Source of the DNA: Octopus bimaculoides
Lineage: Eukaryota
Assembly: GCF_001194135.2 (NCBI RefSeq)
Contig: NC_069000.1
Coordinates: 44,625,833-44,689,832 of the forward strand
DNA length: 64,000 bases
Reading direction: 5' to 3'
Numbering within the stretch: position 1 is the first letter of the stretch; each line of letters starts with the position of its first letter. The notes under the pieces are model-generated. The model was not told where the DNA came from. It worked only from the letters and a program-made list of their open reading frames with translations, and did no database searches. A program made the translations under genes and the position numbers. Positions 25,401 to 38,470 of this stretch are shown here, one piece after another.

Positions 25401-27814
25401 AAAATAAATCAGCCGTAGAAAATATAACTTCTTCAAATGTTCGTTTTCATGGAAGTAACCTAAAAGAAAATTATTTTAACGATGTTGTTATAATGTAATT
25501 AAACTTTAAAGCTTTATAAAGGAGGCATTAGCACTTACAATAGAAAGTTTAGAATTTGTGAAAGTATCGTTTTTCGTCGAAACCATTCCGTGTTGTATAT
25601 AAACCCTAGGCAGCTCTATGGAAAATGGCTGAATGTTATCAAAGTTTCGATCTCCAAATCCTAAATTTCCTCAGAAATAGAAAAAAATAAGTATTTTCTC
25701 TTCAGTATTTTCTTCTTTTGAACCATTCTTGTTTTTTACTTGTAACGCTGGCATCAGAAATACGTTTTTCCATGTGTTTATTAACGAAAATCCCAAGCTA
25801 TTCGACCCACAAAATAACAAACAAATTAGAATCGAGCGAAATAAGAAACATTTATTTCCTGGGAAAATTGCCAAAGCTTAAATTCCACGTAATTTAATCT
25901 CACCATTATTTATTATAAGTTTCTCATTATAAACTAACTATATTTTCCACGATGGAAATTATCTATAGTCACCATTGTCTCGATATAGCAATGAAGTCAT
26001 TCTCTTCTATGGCTATTACTATTATTAGTAGTAGTAGTATCTGTTCCAGTTTCCTCGCATTAACATAGATCGTTATCAGTGGAAACTGCTTCGTTCTCGT
26101 GACTCCCACTACAATCTTATATATTTACGTATGTCTCTGTAGATGTATGTATCTATCTCTCCATATGTAGATATAGCATTCTCGCTATACATACTCCCTC
26201 CCGCCTATCTTTCTATCTACCTGCCTACCTATCATTTATACACACATATATACATGTATATTTATATATACGACCTTGCTTCACTCCTTTGTTCATCTGT
26301 GTCTGGTCGTAATTAGACTATATATATAATTATAATATATATATATTATTATGTCATATATCATTTTATATATGCATACATATCTATCCTGTGTGTCGTG
26401 GGAGGAATAACAAGCATGGTTTTGTATTTCTAGTCTTTGTTGATTTTAAAACAAAAACCAGATTTTAAATAAAATAATTCCGAATCAATTTAGTTCCGAG
26501 TATTTATTTTACTTCTTTTTTTTTTTCCTTTTTCTTGAGATTAATTATCAAGTTTGCATTACTTATTACTATTAAATTGCTACAGTATTTTTAATTAAAT
26601 CGTAATACATTTGTTGTGAACGTATTTCTATATTTATAAACAATACACGCACATGGGGAGGGAGAGAGAGAAAGAGATGTGAGTGTGTGTGTATCTCTCT
26701 TTCTCTCGCGCGCTCTCTGTTTATACTAACATTTACGAACCAGCAAGGGGTTCTCAATGTGGTCGCTTCACCTACCAGCTAGAAATAGCAGCCAAATCAC
26801 CCCTCTCCTTCCCAGTCACTGCCTACTGTCTTTAAAAAAGTAGAAAGCATTGAGAATGGAATCGTAGTTACGCTATGTTTGAAAATAATAGATGGATGGC
26901 CATGACTAGAGCAACGAGAGCTCATTAATCTGCCTTATCTAAGCTGGTCTATATCCACTGACCTTCCTATATATGTATATCATCATCATCGTGTACACAC
27001 ATGTATACATGAGATCCAAGTTCCGATTTTTCGAGCCCTGATGGTCTGGAATCTCTTATCTGCATTAATTTTCGAGCAAGGACGTCAAATTCCCGTGGCC
27101 ACCAGACTAGTTTACTTAGTGCCTTGCATTTTACTAATAAATCAACAGGTATTTATACCAACACACGGGTACCTGTATTTCATTTAATATTTGATATTTG
27201 TTTAATTCAGAGTGTGTTGACCAAGGTGACCATCCCTGGTTCAGAAATATCTAATTCAGGTCTTTGGAAACAATGGTTCCAGGAAATTGATGTACCAATG
27301 TGTATGTGTGTAGGGTGTTCGGGCTAAATTTGACAGTCTGCATAAAAGGAAAAGAAAATAATATCTCATTCAAAAAATAAGAGTATTTTTTTTAAAATCC
27401 AAAAATGTCAACTAGATTATGAGCGATAAAAATTAACTCAAAGTATCTGTCCTCATCTTCCACCACAGTCTCAAGACAGCTTCAGAACTGCGTCACTGTC
27501 ATCATCATTATCATCATCGTTTAACGTCCATTTTCCATGCTGGGGTCTGGGATGCCAGGTGGCTGCACCAGGCCCCAATCTGATCTGCCAGTGTTTCTAC
27601 AGCTGGATGCCCTTCCCAACGCTAACCACTCCGAGAGTGTAGTAGGTGCTTTTTACGTGCCACCAGCACAGGGGACGGAGGAGCTGGCATCGACCACGAT
27701 TGGATGGTGCTTTTTATGTGCTGCCGGCACAAAAGCCAGTCAAAGTGGCACTGGCATCGGCCACATTCGGATGGTGCTTTTTACGTGCTGCTGGCACAGG
27801 GCTCACAACTACCT

Positions 27815-28140
27815 CTAGTAAAATCTTGGTGCTGCAGGTAGAACGGTTGGCGTCTTTCTCAGCTGCTCGGGGGAATTGGGAAACTGGAGCTGGTGAAGTC
27901 CTAGGAATTCACCAACAACCACTTCCGACTCTTTCCAGAGATATAGCAAGGAGCTGAATCCTGCAGCCACACATGTGGCCTTCCAGCAGCAATTCTCTCC
28001 AGCCAGGGTTTGATCACAGTCTCCAGAAACTTCACATAGCTATTTGAACTGAGTCTGAGGCCATGTTCAATGATTGTAGGGTGGCATGACATCACCCAAA
28101 GACCATCACAGTTTGGGGTAACTTGGTTTTCACAATGTCC
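27815..28140 (-). mobile_element. Decayed IS630-Tc1-mariner (ITm) transposase DDE fragment
   Basis: KTKLPQTVMVFG, EHGLRLSSNSYVKFLETVIKPWLERIAAGRPHVWLQDSAPC, EKDANRSTCSTK; frameshifted. Confidence 0.75.
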
Positions 28141-29439
28141 ATGTCACAACTTACAGCCTCCGGTGCAAATCATCATGATACAAGTAACTCTTTTCCAATA
28201 TTCAGATGGCTTCCAGACCATCATTTCAGCTCTCTTTTTTTCTCCACTACAACTTTAATCTTTATATTCTCCAACACTGTTAACATCAAGCTGTTCCTGA
28301 AAAAAGAAGACAAAAAAGAACAAATTTAACCCAGACACCCAGCATGTATAATATATATACACATAAAAGCACCTTTTGAGTGTTGGGTCTCACGGCAATA
28401 GCAAATGACTGAGGCCCTTGGCATTATGTTGTGCTTGAAAGGCAGCGAGCTGGCAGAAACATTAGTACGAGTTCAAATTTTGCCAAGGTCGACTTTGCCT
28501 TTCATTCTTTTGGGGTCAATAAATTAAGTACCAGTTGCATACTGGGTCGAACTAATTGATCTCCCCCAAAATTTCAGGCCTTGTGCCTAAAGTAGAAAAG
28601 ATCATGTTATGCTTGAGAAGAAGACTCAACAACATTATTGCACATCTCTTAAATATAGAACTGTAAGACCCATCTTGCCAAGTAAAATTGCAATCATGGC
28701 AGATACTGGTGTCACACAAATGGCACGTAAAAGCACCCATTACACTCTCAGAGTGGTTGGTGTTAGGAAGGGGCATCCAGCCATAGAAAGCCATACCAAA
28801 TCAGACTGGAGTCTGATGCAGCTTGCTAGCCCTGGTCAAACCATCCAACCCATGCCAGCTTGGACAACGGGTATTAAATGACGATATATATGTACATGTG
28901 GGTTTGATGGTACGAATAGGGTTGATAGAACTCGAAACATCATCACCACCATTTAACATGTGTTTTCTGTGCTTGCAAGGGTTGGACATGTCAACAGGAG
29001 GTGGTGAGACACAGGAGCTGTACCAAGCATCACTGTCTGGTAAAGTTTCAACAGCTGGGTGCCCTTCCTTGTGTCCAACTTGGTGAGGGTCGGTGACAGA
29101 AGGGCGTCCTGCCATAAAAATCTGTCTGACCCGCACAGAGATGGGGAAGTGTCTTCTACTACAGCCTTGGACTGACCAAAGCCTTGTGAGTGGATTTGGT
29201 AGACGGAAACTGAAAGAAGCCCATCATATATATATATATACATATGGCAAATGAAAGACGAAAGATGGAATATACGAGAATGTATTAGTAATCACAATTG
29301 TTTCGACACATCTAGCATCGATCTCCCATGGATGGGACTCGCAACGACTGGTTCAGGAGCATCTGGCAGTATCTCGTCAGGTGATACAGGTGTAAACCAG
29401 TCATTTTATTATCCATTATATATATCAACTGCAACAGCA

Positions 29440-29665
29440 CTGCAGACCATGCCCACAGAGGGCACCCCCGAGTGACCGCGCCCAGGCAGGACTGTTTCAT
29501 CCACCTGCAACACCTCCATGATCGCTTCAGACCAGCCAGCATGACAGCTCACGAGACCATTGGCACAGGACAGTAGTGACCCATCAGTGACGACACGGTA
29601 CAACATTGACTGGCCACCAACAACCTGCATTGAGGTCATCCTGCCCGAGAGTCTGTGGCGTGACA
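29440..29665 (+). mobile_element. Decayed Tc1-like transposase N-terminal HTH fragment
   Basis: RGHPRVTAPRQDCFIHLQHLHDRFRPASMTAHET...PISDDTVQH*LATNNLH; several stops consistent with CGA>TGA decay. Confidence 0.7.
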
Positions 29666-31465
29666 TCACCCATATTTATACACACACACACATACAGATC
29701 TGTATATAATCAAAAGCCAAAATAGTGTTTAAAATATTTACTTCATCATTTCAAACAAGTTCATCATTTATTCAATCCAATTGATTTTTCTTAAATATGG
29801 AAGCATGTACGCACAATAATTTGGTCATCAGTAAACTTGCTTTAAGAGTTTCAGTTTTATGTGATAAGTTCAAGCTGTCTCCATAAGTTTTTTTTTTAAT
29901 GTTTTTGTTTGTTTCGCTTTCCTTTTTTTTTTTTCCTTTTTTTTTTTTTNNNNNNNNNNTTTTTTTTTTCCTTTTTTTTTTTTGTTCTGCTTTTCATGCT
30001 AGACATTTTTGTAAACAAGGCAAATCTTTGTTCAATCAATATTTGTATCACCCATCACCTTTTGTGATCAACACAGACAAGAAGCCTTAGACTAACCATA
30101 TACATTATATATGTACATATATACACACACATACATGTATATATACAGTACATTTTATATATATATACAGTAAAGATATACATACACATGTATATGAATA
30201 AACATTATATATATGATGTATATATTTATATATATGCACACAAACATATATATATACATATATGTATGTGCGTGTGTGTGTATATATATATATATATATA
30301 ATAAAATTCATATTGTCTGGGACTTTCACCTGACCAGTTATGTAAATCATTGAATATATGCTCAGGTAAAACCTAAATTGAATTTTATAAATTTCGCTCT
30401 ATTTTCAATGTTGAGCCCCACTACACCCTCCTGTATAAATATTCCATTTTTATGCTTAAACTTACTTCAAAACAGTAACCTCTATTCTAATATATGTACA
30501 TGCATGTATATATATAAAATAATATAATAATAATAATATATATATATGAATGTGTATTTATGCTTGAGTGTAAGGTCTTCTCTGTTCCATGTTTGCTTGT
30601 TTTTATTATTAAACTTAACAAAAAGGTTTTTTTAAGTCTTTCTACAGGACATTTTTTTTTTAATTTATCTATTCCCCACCAAAAAAAAAAAAAAAAAAGG
30701 AAGAAAAGTATTTCTCTCTTTCTTTCTCTAACATAGAGAAAAAAAAAGATCTTTTAAAAAGTGAGAGAAAAATGGTAAAAGAAAAATAGCCAAAGTCTTG
30801 CTCTACTGAAATCCACAATTGTGGATTTTTACTTATTGACTTGGCAAAAATCGGAAAGAAAAAAAAAGACATTTTCGCTTTTGCTGCTACCCAAGAATTT
30901 GAATATTTGGTAAGGTAAGGAAGAGTGTAAAGAATTTCAGATTCAGAGATGATACCTGTGGCTAAGATGGAGAATCTCCTGGTTTTCCCCAGGAGTGAAT
31001 GTAATGGACGTCACACACATGTAGCTAGTTTGATTTTAATGAAGGAAAAAAGTTTGTGAGAAAGTTATTTGACATAAAATATCTGGTTGAAGTTCAGTTC
31101 AAGTCAGGAAAGTTTGTTCACCATTTCAACAGAAAAGAAACCATTGAATGGAACAGGAGTCTTTGAATAAGCTTTGAATAACAGTCCTTCTCTTGAGACC
31201 TCTTGTAAGAGCACAGTGCATTGTTATGGCCTCTCTTCAGTCTAAATGCAGGGCCTCGTGCTTCAATCCAGAAATCGGAATAAACCAGCTCTTGTTGAAT
31301 ATACAGATAGATTCATATCCAAACAGTTTGCACTTCAGATAGCAGCAGAGAAAAGGGTTAGAATTGCAAGATTAAAACTTCAGATGAGGCTTCAGGGAAG
31401 AGTGCAAGGCAGGGAGCAGGGTGAGAGATGGGGTCTAAACAAAACAGGTACCAAAATGTCCAAGA

Positions 31466-32215
31466 TTAAAATACTGTGAGAAGGGCAAATACTCCGTAGA
31501 CTAGAGCACATGGATAGGCAACAAGGAGCTGCTGGTGATCCATTGCTAGGGCAGAGACAAACAGCTTTGAGGCCGAGAAACTACACCAGAAAACTGCCAT
31601 GACAGTTAGGAATATACCAAGGGCTCCCTTCAAAGAGATCATGACAGATACAGACGATAGGATAACCATTGGTAATAGACAATAGCCTAATACACTTATT
31701 GTACATCCAGACGAAACACCAGTGATACTCATCAAGTTTAACAGACCATACATGGCAAGGCATCCTACAACCCCGATACCATAGATGTAACCAAAGTGCA
31801 GTTTGCCAGACAGCATCAAAGCAGCACCGAAAGCAATGCAGAATACTAAAGGTCCAGCCAGATCAGTGTCCTTCATTATGTTGTGGTCAGCATCTTGTAA
31901 CGGGTTCAATACGGCCATTGTCTTTTGTGTGATGTGGTCAAAGTTAATGCCCAATTCTTCCATTAGTGGTGGCTCATCCTCAAAACTGTCTGGTGCTGTA
32001 GTCTGGTAGACAGTCGGTTCCGGTGTCATAATAGAACCAAAATATGGATCTTGACTGTTGGTCGTGATGTATTCTGTAGTGGTGGTCTGGCTGTAGACAA
32101 ACTGACCGAACTGAGGTTCCTGGCCAAAGCCTTGAGTGTCCATGTTATATCCAGAACTTTGGTTTTCATAGTAGTTGGATGAGTAAAATTCTCCTTCTTG
32201 GCCGAAAGAAGACAT
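31466..32215 (-). CDS. YIPF5: Yip1-domain Golgi/ER membrane protein, YIPF5/YIPF7 family; single coding exon
   Basis: 249-aa ORF with family motifs [67 protein letters not shown]. Context ccaaaATGt. Polypyrimidine acceptor ttctttccag|A at 32237 shows an upstream 5'-UTR intron. Confidence 0.95.
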   Translation of the reverse strand: MSSFGQEGEFYSSNYYENQSSGYNMDTQGFGQEPQFGQFVYSQTTTTEYITTNSQDPYFGSIMTPEPTVYQTTAPDSFEDEPPLMEELGINFDHITQKTMAVLNPLQDADHNIMKDTDLAGPLVFCIAFGAALMLSGKLHFGYIYGIGVVGCLAMYGLLNLMSITGVSSGCTISVLGYCLLPMVILSSVSVMISLKGALGIFLTVMAVFWCSFSASKLFVSALAMDHQQLLVAYPCALVYGVFALLTVF

Positions 32216-32321
32216 TTTGGAACGATTTTGAGAATATCTGGAAAGAAGAGAGAAAATAAAAATTATTGAAAATGTTTGGAAAACAGATGAAAATTATGCA
32301 ACAATAAACAAATTCTTTTAA

Positions 32322-32517
32322 CCCTTTTGATATGAACCCAACTGAGACTGCCTCTTGTTCTATGATGTAAGCTTTCTGTTTTAAAATAATTTTCCAGCAT
32401 AATTACATGCTAATTTATTTTCCAAGCACCAGCTTAATAATGACAAATTTATTTTACAAAATTCTTCATTATTTTCAAAATTTATTGAAACAAGGAGAAC
32501 ATGTGGCAACAAAAGGG
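32322..32517. mobile_element. piggyBac-type MITE in YIPF5 5'-UTR intron
   Basis: TTAA-CCCTTTTG ... CAAAAGGG-TTAA. Related, more decayed copies near 6219-6290, 46385-46620 and 49277-49495. Confidence 0.7.
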
Positions 32518-33794
32518 TTAAGGTGATCTAAAAACTTTCCATCAAAATTTATGTTCCAAACACCAGCTTAAATATTTACAGCTATTTTACTGAACTCTTT
32601 GTCATTTCCAAAATTTATTGAAACCGTTGGGCCTCAGAGAGGCAATGACAAAAGACCAAGACCTCTGGAGATCTGCTGTGATTGAGAAGACCCGGCAAAT
32701 AAAGTGAGTGCACAGCTGTAACCTACACCAGTGTTGCATAACCTGCCCCAGCCCACTCAAAAGTACCTTGGATCGTAGAGCGACATGCCATGCTTGAGGA
32801 GACTTATTGAGTCAAGTACATTAAAATCAAATGGAAACTGTAGTTGTGATTCCCGTGCCGGTGGCACGTAAAAAGCATCATCCGAACATGGCCGATGCCA
32901 GCGCTGCCTTGACTGGCTTCCATGCCAGTAGCATGTAAAAAGCACCAACCAATTGTGGTCGATGCCAGCCCCCTCTGGCCCCTGTGCTGGTGGCACATAA
33001 AAAGCACCCACTACACTCTCGGAGGGGTTGGCGTTAGGAAGAGCATCCAGCTGTAGAAACTCTGCCAGATCAGACTGGAGCCTGGTGCAGCCTCCTGTCG
33101 AACCGTCCAACCCATGCCAGCATGGAAAGCGGACGTTAAACGATGATGATGAGAAGCAGACGTATGGCAGCAAAAAGGTTAAACTAAAACGTTGAGGGTT
33201 AAATGCAAGAAAAATGCAGCACAAATCAGTTTGACTGGACATTGAATAAGAGAAATATTTTTGAAAATGGAGCCAAATATGGCCCTCAACTTGAATACAT
33301 TAAGGTACTTTGATACGGAATTGAAAGAAGAAATGGAAGATCAAACTAGTGAAGTAAGGAGAAAAGTTCCGAGCAATTATCTTGGATTTAATGAAAAGCA
33401 ATCACTGACAGATATACAAGAAGAAATAGCTGACATTGTTTATCAGAGTCCTTCACTGGTTTAATTGTAGATAAACCAAGTGGTAGAGACATGTGAGGGA
33501 CATTAGCAGGTTATTGTAGCCATCAGAGTGGTATAGATCTGTGGAAGGTGGCCAGTAGTGACTGTAGTTAATCCATGTGGTATAGATATGTGATGGGTAA
33601 GTACATGTGGCTGGTGGTTGTAGCTAACCTAAGTGATATGGATATGCAATTGCAAAACACTTGTGGCCGAAAGCTAAATGAAAGAGTACAGTCATATTAT
33701 TTGGTAAGTACTAGAGGATAATAATAGATAAACCAATGGTACAGACATGTGATAGATAAATACTATTGAGTAATTATAGCTAGATTATAGCTAA

Positions 33795-34037
33795 ATCAAT
33801 AAAAAGTGTACAGAAAACTTGTCATGAAAAGTGGAAAATCCAATGTTTTGATCACAGACCTTCTTCAGGGGAAAAACTGAAAGGAGAGAAATTAATAAAA
33901 GACGGCAGAGTTTTACATCGTTTAAGTTGAAACATTAATTTCTCTCCTTTCAACGTTTTTTTCCTGAAGAAGGTCTGTGACCGAAACATTGGATTTTCTA
34001 CTCCTAGCAGCAAGTTCAGTGTAATCTTTTTATTGAT
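33795..34037. repeat. About 100-bp imperfect inverted repeat containing Penelope-type hammerhead-like motifs
   Basis: Arms 33795-33896 and 33935-34037; core cctgaagaaggtctgtgaccgaaacattgg. Confidence 0.7.
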
Positions 34038-34363
34038 TTCACTATACAAGTCTTGCTGACACAGAACAACACCAGCCTCAATGGAATCTGTCTGATCATA
34101 GCTAAGCCAAATAGTATAGCTATATGATGGCAGGAATAATGGAGAAATGCTACAGGTATATTTTATATTATTTCTTTAGAAATAAAGAAATTTTGTGCAC
34201 AAACGCAGAAAGAAATTTGGTGCACCAATGCAGTGTTGAGCACTCATTCACATGGTTTGACATTTGTGTGTGTGTATAATGATGGATGTAACCACATCAA
34301 AGGATAATGAGGAGTAGAGGCAAATGTGAAGAGGTGTACATGTGTGTGTAGAGTGTACATATA

Positions 34364-34596
34364 CAAGGTTGGCCAAAAGTCAGCTGCCAGTAAATCAAAA
34401 CCATTTAATTCCAAGATTTATATATGTTTAACGACTGAATGAATTTAATAAAAGCATCTTAATATGAAACACCATGAAAAGGATTCAAACTGAAGTCCTT
34501 CTTGAGCGACACATTTTTCCATTCGAGTCAATACAGAATTACAGATCGCATTTAAGGAAGTTTGATTTACTGTTGGGTGACTTTTGGCCAACCCTG
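34364..34596. mobile_element. Tc1/mariner-type MITE
   Basis: 19-bp TIRs caaggttggccaaaagtca / tgacttttggccaaccctg (1 mismatch) with TA on both sides. Confidence 0.85.
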
Positions 34597-35890
34597 TAGA
34601 GGTGTATAAGTAGTAGCATGAGGGTAGTGGTGTACATGTGATAGGAGGATGTGTGTAGAGGTATATGTGTGAAGTCATTAGGTACAAATAGGCTCAGTCA
34701 GAAACAGGGGATACAGCCACCAGTGCAAGTGCACTCCTACAATTTTTGTTGGGACAGTGAATTTGCTTTGAACATCCTCCTGGAAAAACTGGGTTTGTCA
34801 TCTCTAAGCAAATTTCATTTCCCCATTCATGGACGTACACCATTCACTTTGACGAAGCACTCTTGTATCACTTACCTTTCTAACTCCGCTTCTTCACTCA
34901 GTCATGTGGCAGACGGTCTGTGGAGGAGAAAAATAAACAACTTTACTTTTACACAACAGCAACATCACACACACACACAGAGTCGTCATCATTGTCGTTG
35001 TTGCCATTGTGTGAAGGTGAGAAACTCAAACTAGCAATATTGGTAAACCTCAGATAACAATGGTTTCTGGTTTAGGAACAAGGTCAACAATTTTGAGGGA
35101 GGGGTGAATACCATCAGCCCCAGTACACGACTGGTACTAAATTTCATCAACCCGGAAAGTGAGGAAGGCAAAGTTGACCTCAGTAAGATTTGCAATCATC
35201 ATCAACATAATAATAATAATAATAAATTGTTTCTTCTCCTACTACTACTACTACTAATAAAAATAATAATCCTTTCTACTGAAGGCACAAGGCCTGAAAT
35301 TTAGTGGGAGGGGACAAGTTGATTACATCGACCCCAGTGTTTCACTGGTACTTAATTTATCGACTCCTGAAAGGATGAAAAGCAAAGCTAACTTTGGCAG
35401 AATTTGAACTCAGAACATAACGATGAGTGAAATGCTGCTAAGAATTTTGTCCAGCATGGTAAGGATTCTGCTAGCTTGCTGCCTTTATTAATAATAATAA
35501 TAATAACAACAACAACCCTTTCTACTACAGGCACAAGGTCTGAAGCTTTGGGGTGGGGAATAATCAATTACCTCAACCTCAGTACTTCTTCCAAAAAGGA
35601 TGAATGGCAAAGTCAACCTCAGCGGAATAATAATAATAATAATAATAATGTTTCAAATTTTAGCACAATGCCAGCGATTTTGAGGGGAGGGGCAAGTGGA
35701 TTACATTGACTCCAGTAATTGACTGGTTCTTTATTTTAGTCAACCTTGGCAGGATTTGAACCCAGAACCTAAAGCTCCAGAAGAAATGCTACATAGGCGC
35801 CTGGTGCAGCCTTCTGGCTTGCCAGTCCTCAGGTAAACCATCCAATCCATGCCAGCATAGAAAGCAGATGTTTGATGATGATGAATGTAA

Positions 35891-36140
35891 TTAGGAGTAC
35901 TGAGACATAATGTATCTAGGAGTATTGAAACATATTGTGTCAAAGAGTACTGAGATACAGAATAACTAGATGTACTCAGATAGGGTACACCTAAGAGTAT
36001 TGACATATTGTGTATCTAAGAACAGTCACACATGGTGTACCGAAGAGTACTGTATCCAGGAGTACTAAGGCTGGATTCACAATACCTAGGTGCATAGATT
36101 TAGAGCATATACCCAAGATTATTCAGACATGGTGCATATG
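35891..36140 (+). repeat. Degenerate 25-bp minisatellite, left part
   Basis: ggagtactgagacataatgtatcta / ggagtattgaaacatattgtgtcaa / agagtactgagatacagaataacta / gatgtactcagatagggtacaccta. Confidence 0.65.
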
Positions 36141-37164
36141 CGGCGGTGATTTGAAACTGAACCACTAGGTAACTGGTCATGCATCACAATCAAATCATAG
36201 TAGTTTCACGTGATCAGTTTTATTAAGCAGCCAATTAGTGTCAAACCATCGCGTGAGTAAATTTTCAAGAACTTTCTGCATGTGCCCAACATAGAGCCCT
36301 TTTTGGTACCAATTCTTTGCAGAGCATTGAGACCAGCAGACCCATTCACATACATCTCACCTCTTGCAATACAGAACGTTGAGGCAGTCACATGTTGCAC
36401 CTCCATCCTCACTACATCTAGCTGATTATGACAGATGGCAGATAGTCGACAGGAATTTTGATCGCCCTGAATGTATCACAATTGCTTTCCTGTTATGATG
36501 GACAAACCACAGATTGCTGTATGAATAAGCTTGGAAACTCCAAGCAGTATGTCTCTCCCAGTTAGTAATTATTGCTGTGATAATTTGTAAAAGATCAACA
36601 CAGCTAAAACTCCGTGTGTAATAATAAAATCTGTCAATCGTTTGCAGGTGTTGTCAGTTATTTCTTCACACGACCCGAGAAACACATTTTCATCCAGCAA
36701 CTCAACCAGTTATCACCTCAAATCAACCAACAACACTACAACTCGCGCCACACCTAAGAGTATAGGCGGTGCATCGAGGAATATTACCAAGACGCGGGAT
36801 ATCTAGGAAGTAGTTTGATATGATGTCTGAGTGAAAAAATTAAGTCCCCTGGATGCTGGTGTTTTGAGCTCTAGGACTCATGGGGCCAGATATCTGGTTT
36901 CCATGGCGAAGAAGTGTCCGACATAACATTCCCGCCAAATGGGACGCCAGTCCGTCCCAGGATTTACTCGTTTATAGCGGAGTGGACGGGAGCAATGAGA
37001 AATGAAATAGCTTGCTCAAGAACACAACGCACCGTCTGGTCTGGGAATCGAAACCACGATCTTGCGGTCGTGAGTACAACATCCAAACCACCAGGTCACT
37101 CACTGTGACATAATATATCGAAGATCACTCAGACTGGGAGAATTAAGATGTACAAAATCAAAGA

Positions 37165-37555
37165 GTACTCATATTTGGTGCATCAAGGAGTACTTACGAT
37201 AAAATATGTGTAGGTGTCAGACTTGTGTACTTAGAAGTACAGAAATATCGTACTTTTAGAAAGAGTATGCTCAGACATGGTACATCCTGAGAATATTTGG
37301 CAAAGTATAACCTAGGAATATTAAGATTTAGTGCATTTATGAGTATTCAGACATGGTATAACAGGGAGTACAAACATGCAGTGTGCCTCAGAATGTCTGC
37401 AAAAAAGGCCAAGAACACATCACTTCCTGCAGACCAAAACAATTCTTAAAAATACATTAAAATATCCGGACTTGATGTACCTTGAACAATAGAATATTAT
37501 GAAGACTTAGATATAGTGTACCTTGGAGTACAGAAACTTGTGCACCTAGGAATAG
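37165..37555 (+). repeat. Degenerate 25-bp minisatellite, right part
   Basis: Units such as gagtattcagacatggtataaca and ggagtacagaaacttgtgcaccta match the left-part consensus. Confidence 0.55.
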
Positions 37556-38304
37556 AGACGTTGGACCAATGAATATCGGTGTGATTCGATATTCCAGTTT
37601 TTGTTTGTTTGTTTGTTTTTAAAGGTGGTTTATTTATCTGATCGAAAACCAGAAAATGTCAAACTTCAGCGATTTAGGAGGGTGGTGACGGTTTAAAACT
37701 ACGTAATAACATGGTTATAATAATAATATTAATGCCATAATTATCAATATAATATAATTAATTACTAACGTATCTTTGTGTTCAAATAATAATTTAGATG
37801 TCAAAATATTATATATATATACATATATATATATATGGCAATATTTGAAAACATGTGAGGACATAGTGTGTGTGTGTGTGTACACATATGTATATGTGTA
37901 TATATATATATATATAATATTGTGAAATATACTGTAGAAAATGATGATATTTGAAGTAATTAGTGATATAAGGAATAGAAAAAAATGTTATTTACCCCAA
38001 AATCACCAGCTGGTATGATGACAGAGTGAAGGAGAGAGTGAGAAGACACGTACACAGAGACAGTAAGAAAGTGGGAGGGAGAAAGATAGATAGAGAATAA
38101 CAGTGAGACAGAGGTTGCAAGTTTTATACAGAAAGTGTGAGAGAGTAAAAAAAAGAGAGAGATACACAGCGACAGTTAAAGAGTGAGGGGAAGAGATAGA
38201 GTGACAGACAGATAGAAAGTGAGAGTGGGAGAGCGATTCACAGAGATAGACAAAGACAATAAGAGAGAGAGAGAAGTAGAGATAGAGAGAAAGGGCAAGA
38301 GTGA

Positions 38305-38470
38305 GTGAGAGGCGGAGTAAAGTGAAACCAGCCAATCGTCAACCTTGACTACGTGGTCGATTTCTCCAAACACTAGAGAGTTTCACTTCCCGCTATAACA
38401 GGAAGTTGTTTACGTATTTGGTTTCGCGATTTGTTTTCCGGGTCCGAGTATTAGGATTCGAACGTGCAAC
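38305..38470. promoter_or_regulatory. CpG-enriched housekeeping-type promoter, candidate YIPF5 first exon / bidirectional promoter
   Basis: GGCGGA 38311, CCAAT 38332-38336, ACGTGG 38351, opposed ETS-like sites CACTTCC 38384 and CAGGAAGT 38399, TCGCGA 38424; locally CpG-dense in a CpG-poor background. Confidence 0.5.

Noticed and set aside
31246-31479. 77-aa plus-strand ORF overlapping the YIPF5 stop
   Set aside because: Antisense to the YIPF5 3' UTR, no homology recognised
33261-33464. 67-aa acidic plus-strand ORF
   Set aside because: No family motif or splice context; may be an unidentified TE remnant
36170-36420. WYQKGL...QKVLE resembling a mariner C-terminus
   Set aside because: Too degraded, no TIRs or catalytic motifs identified
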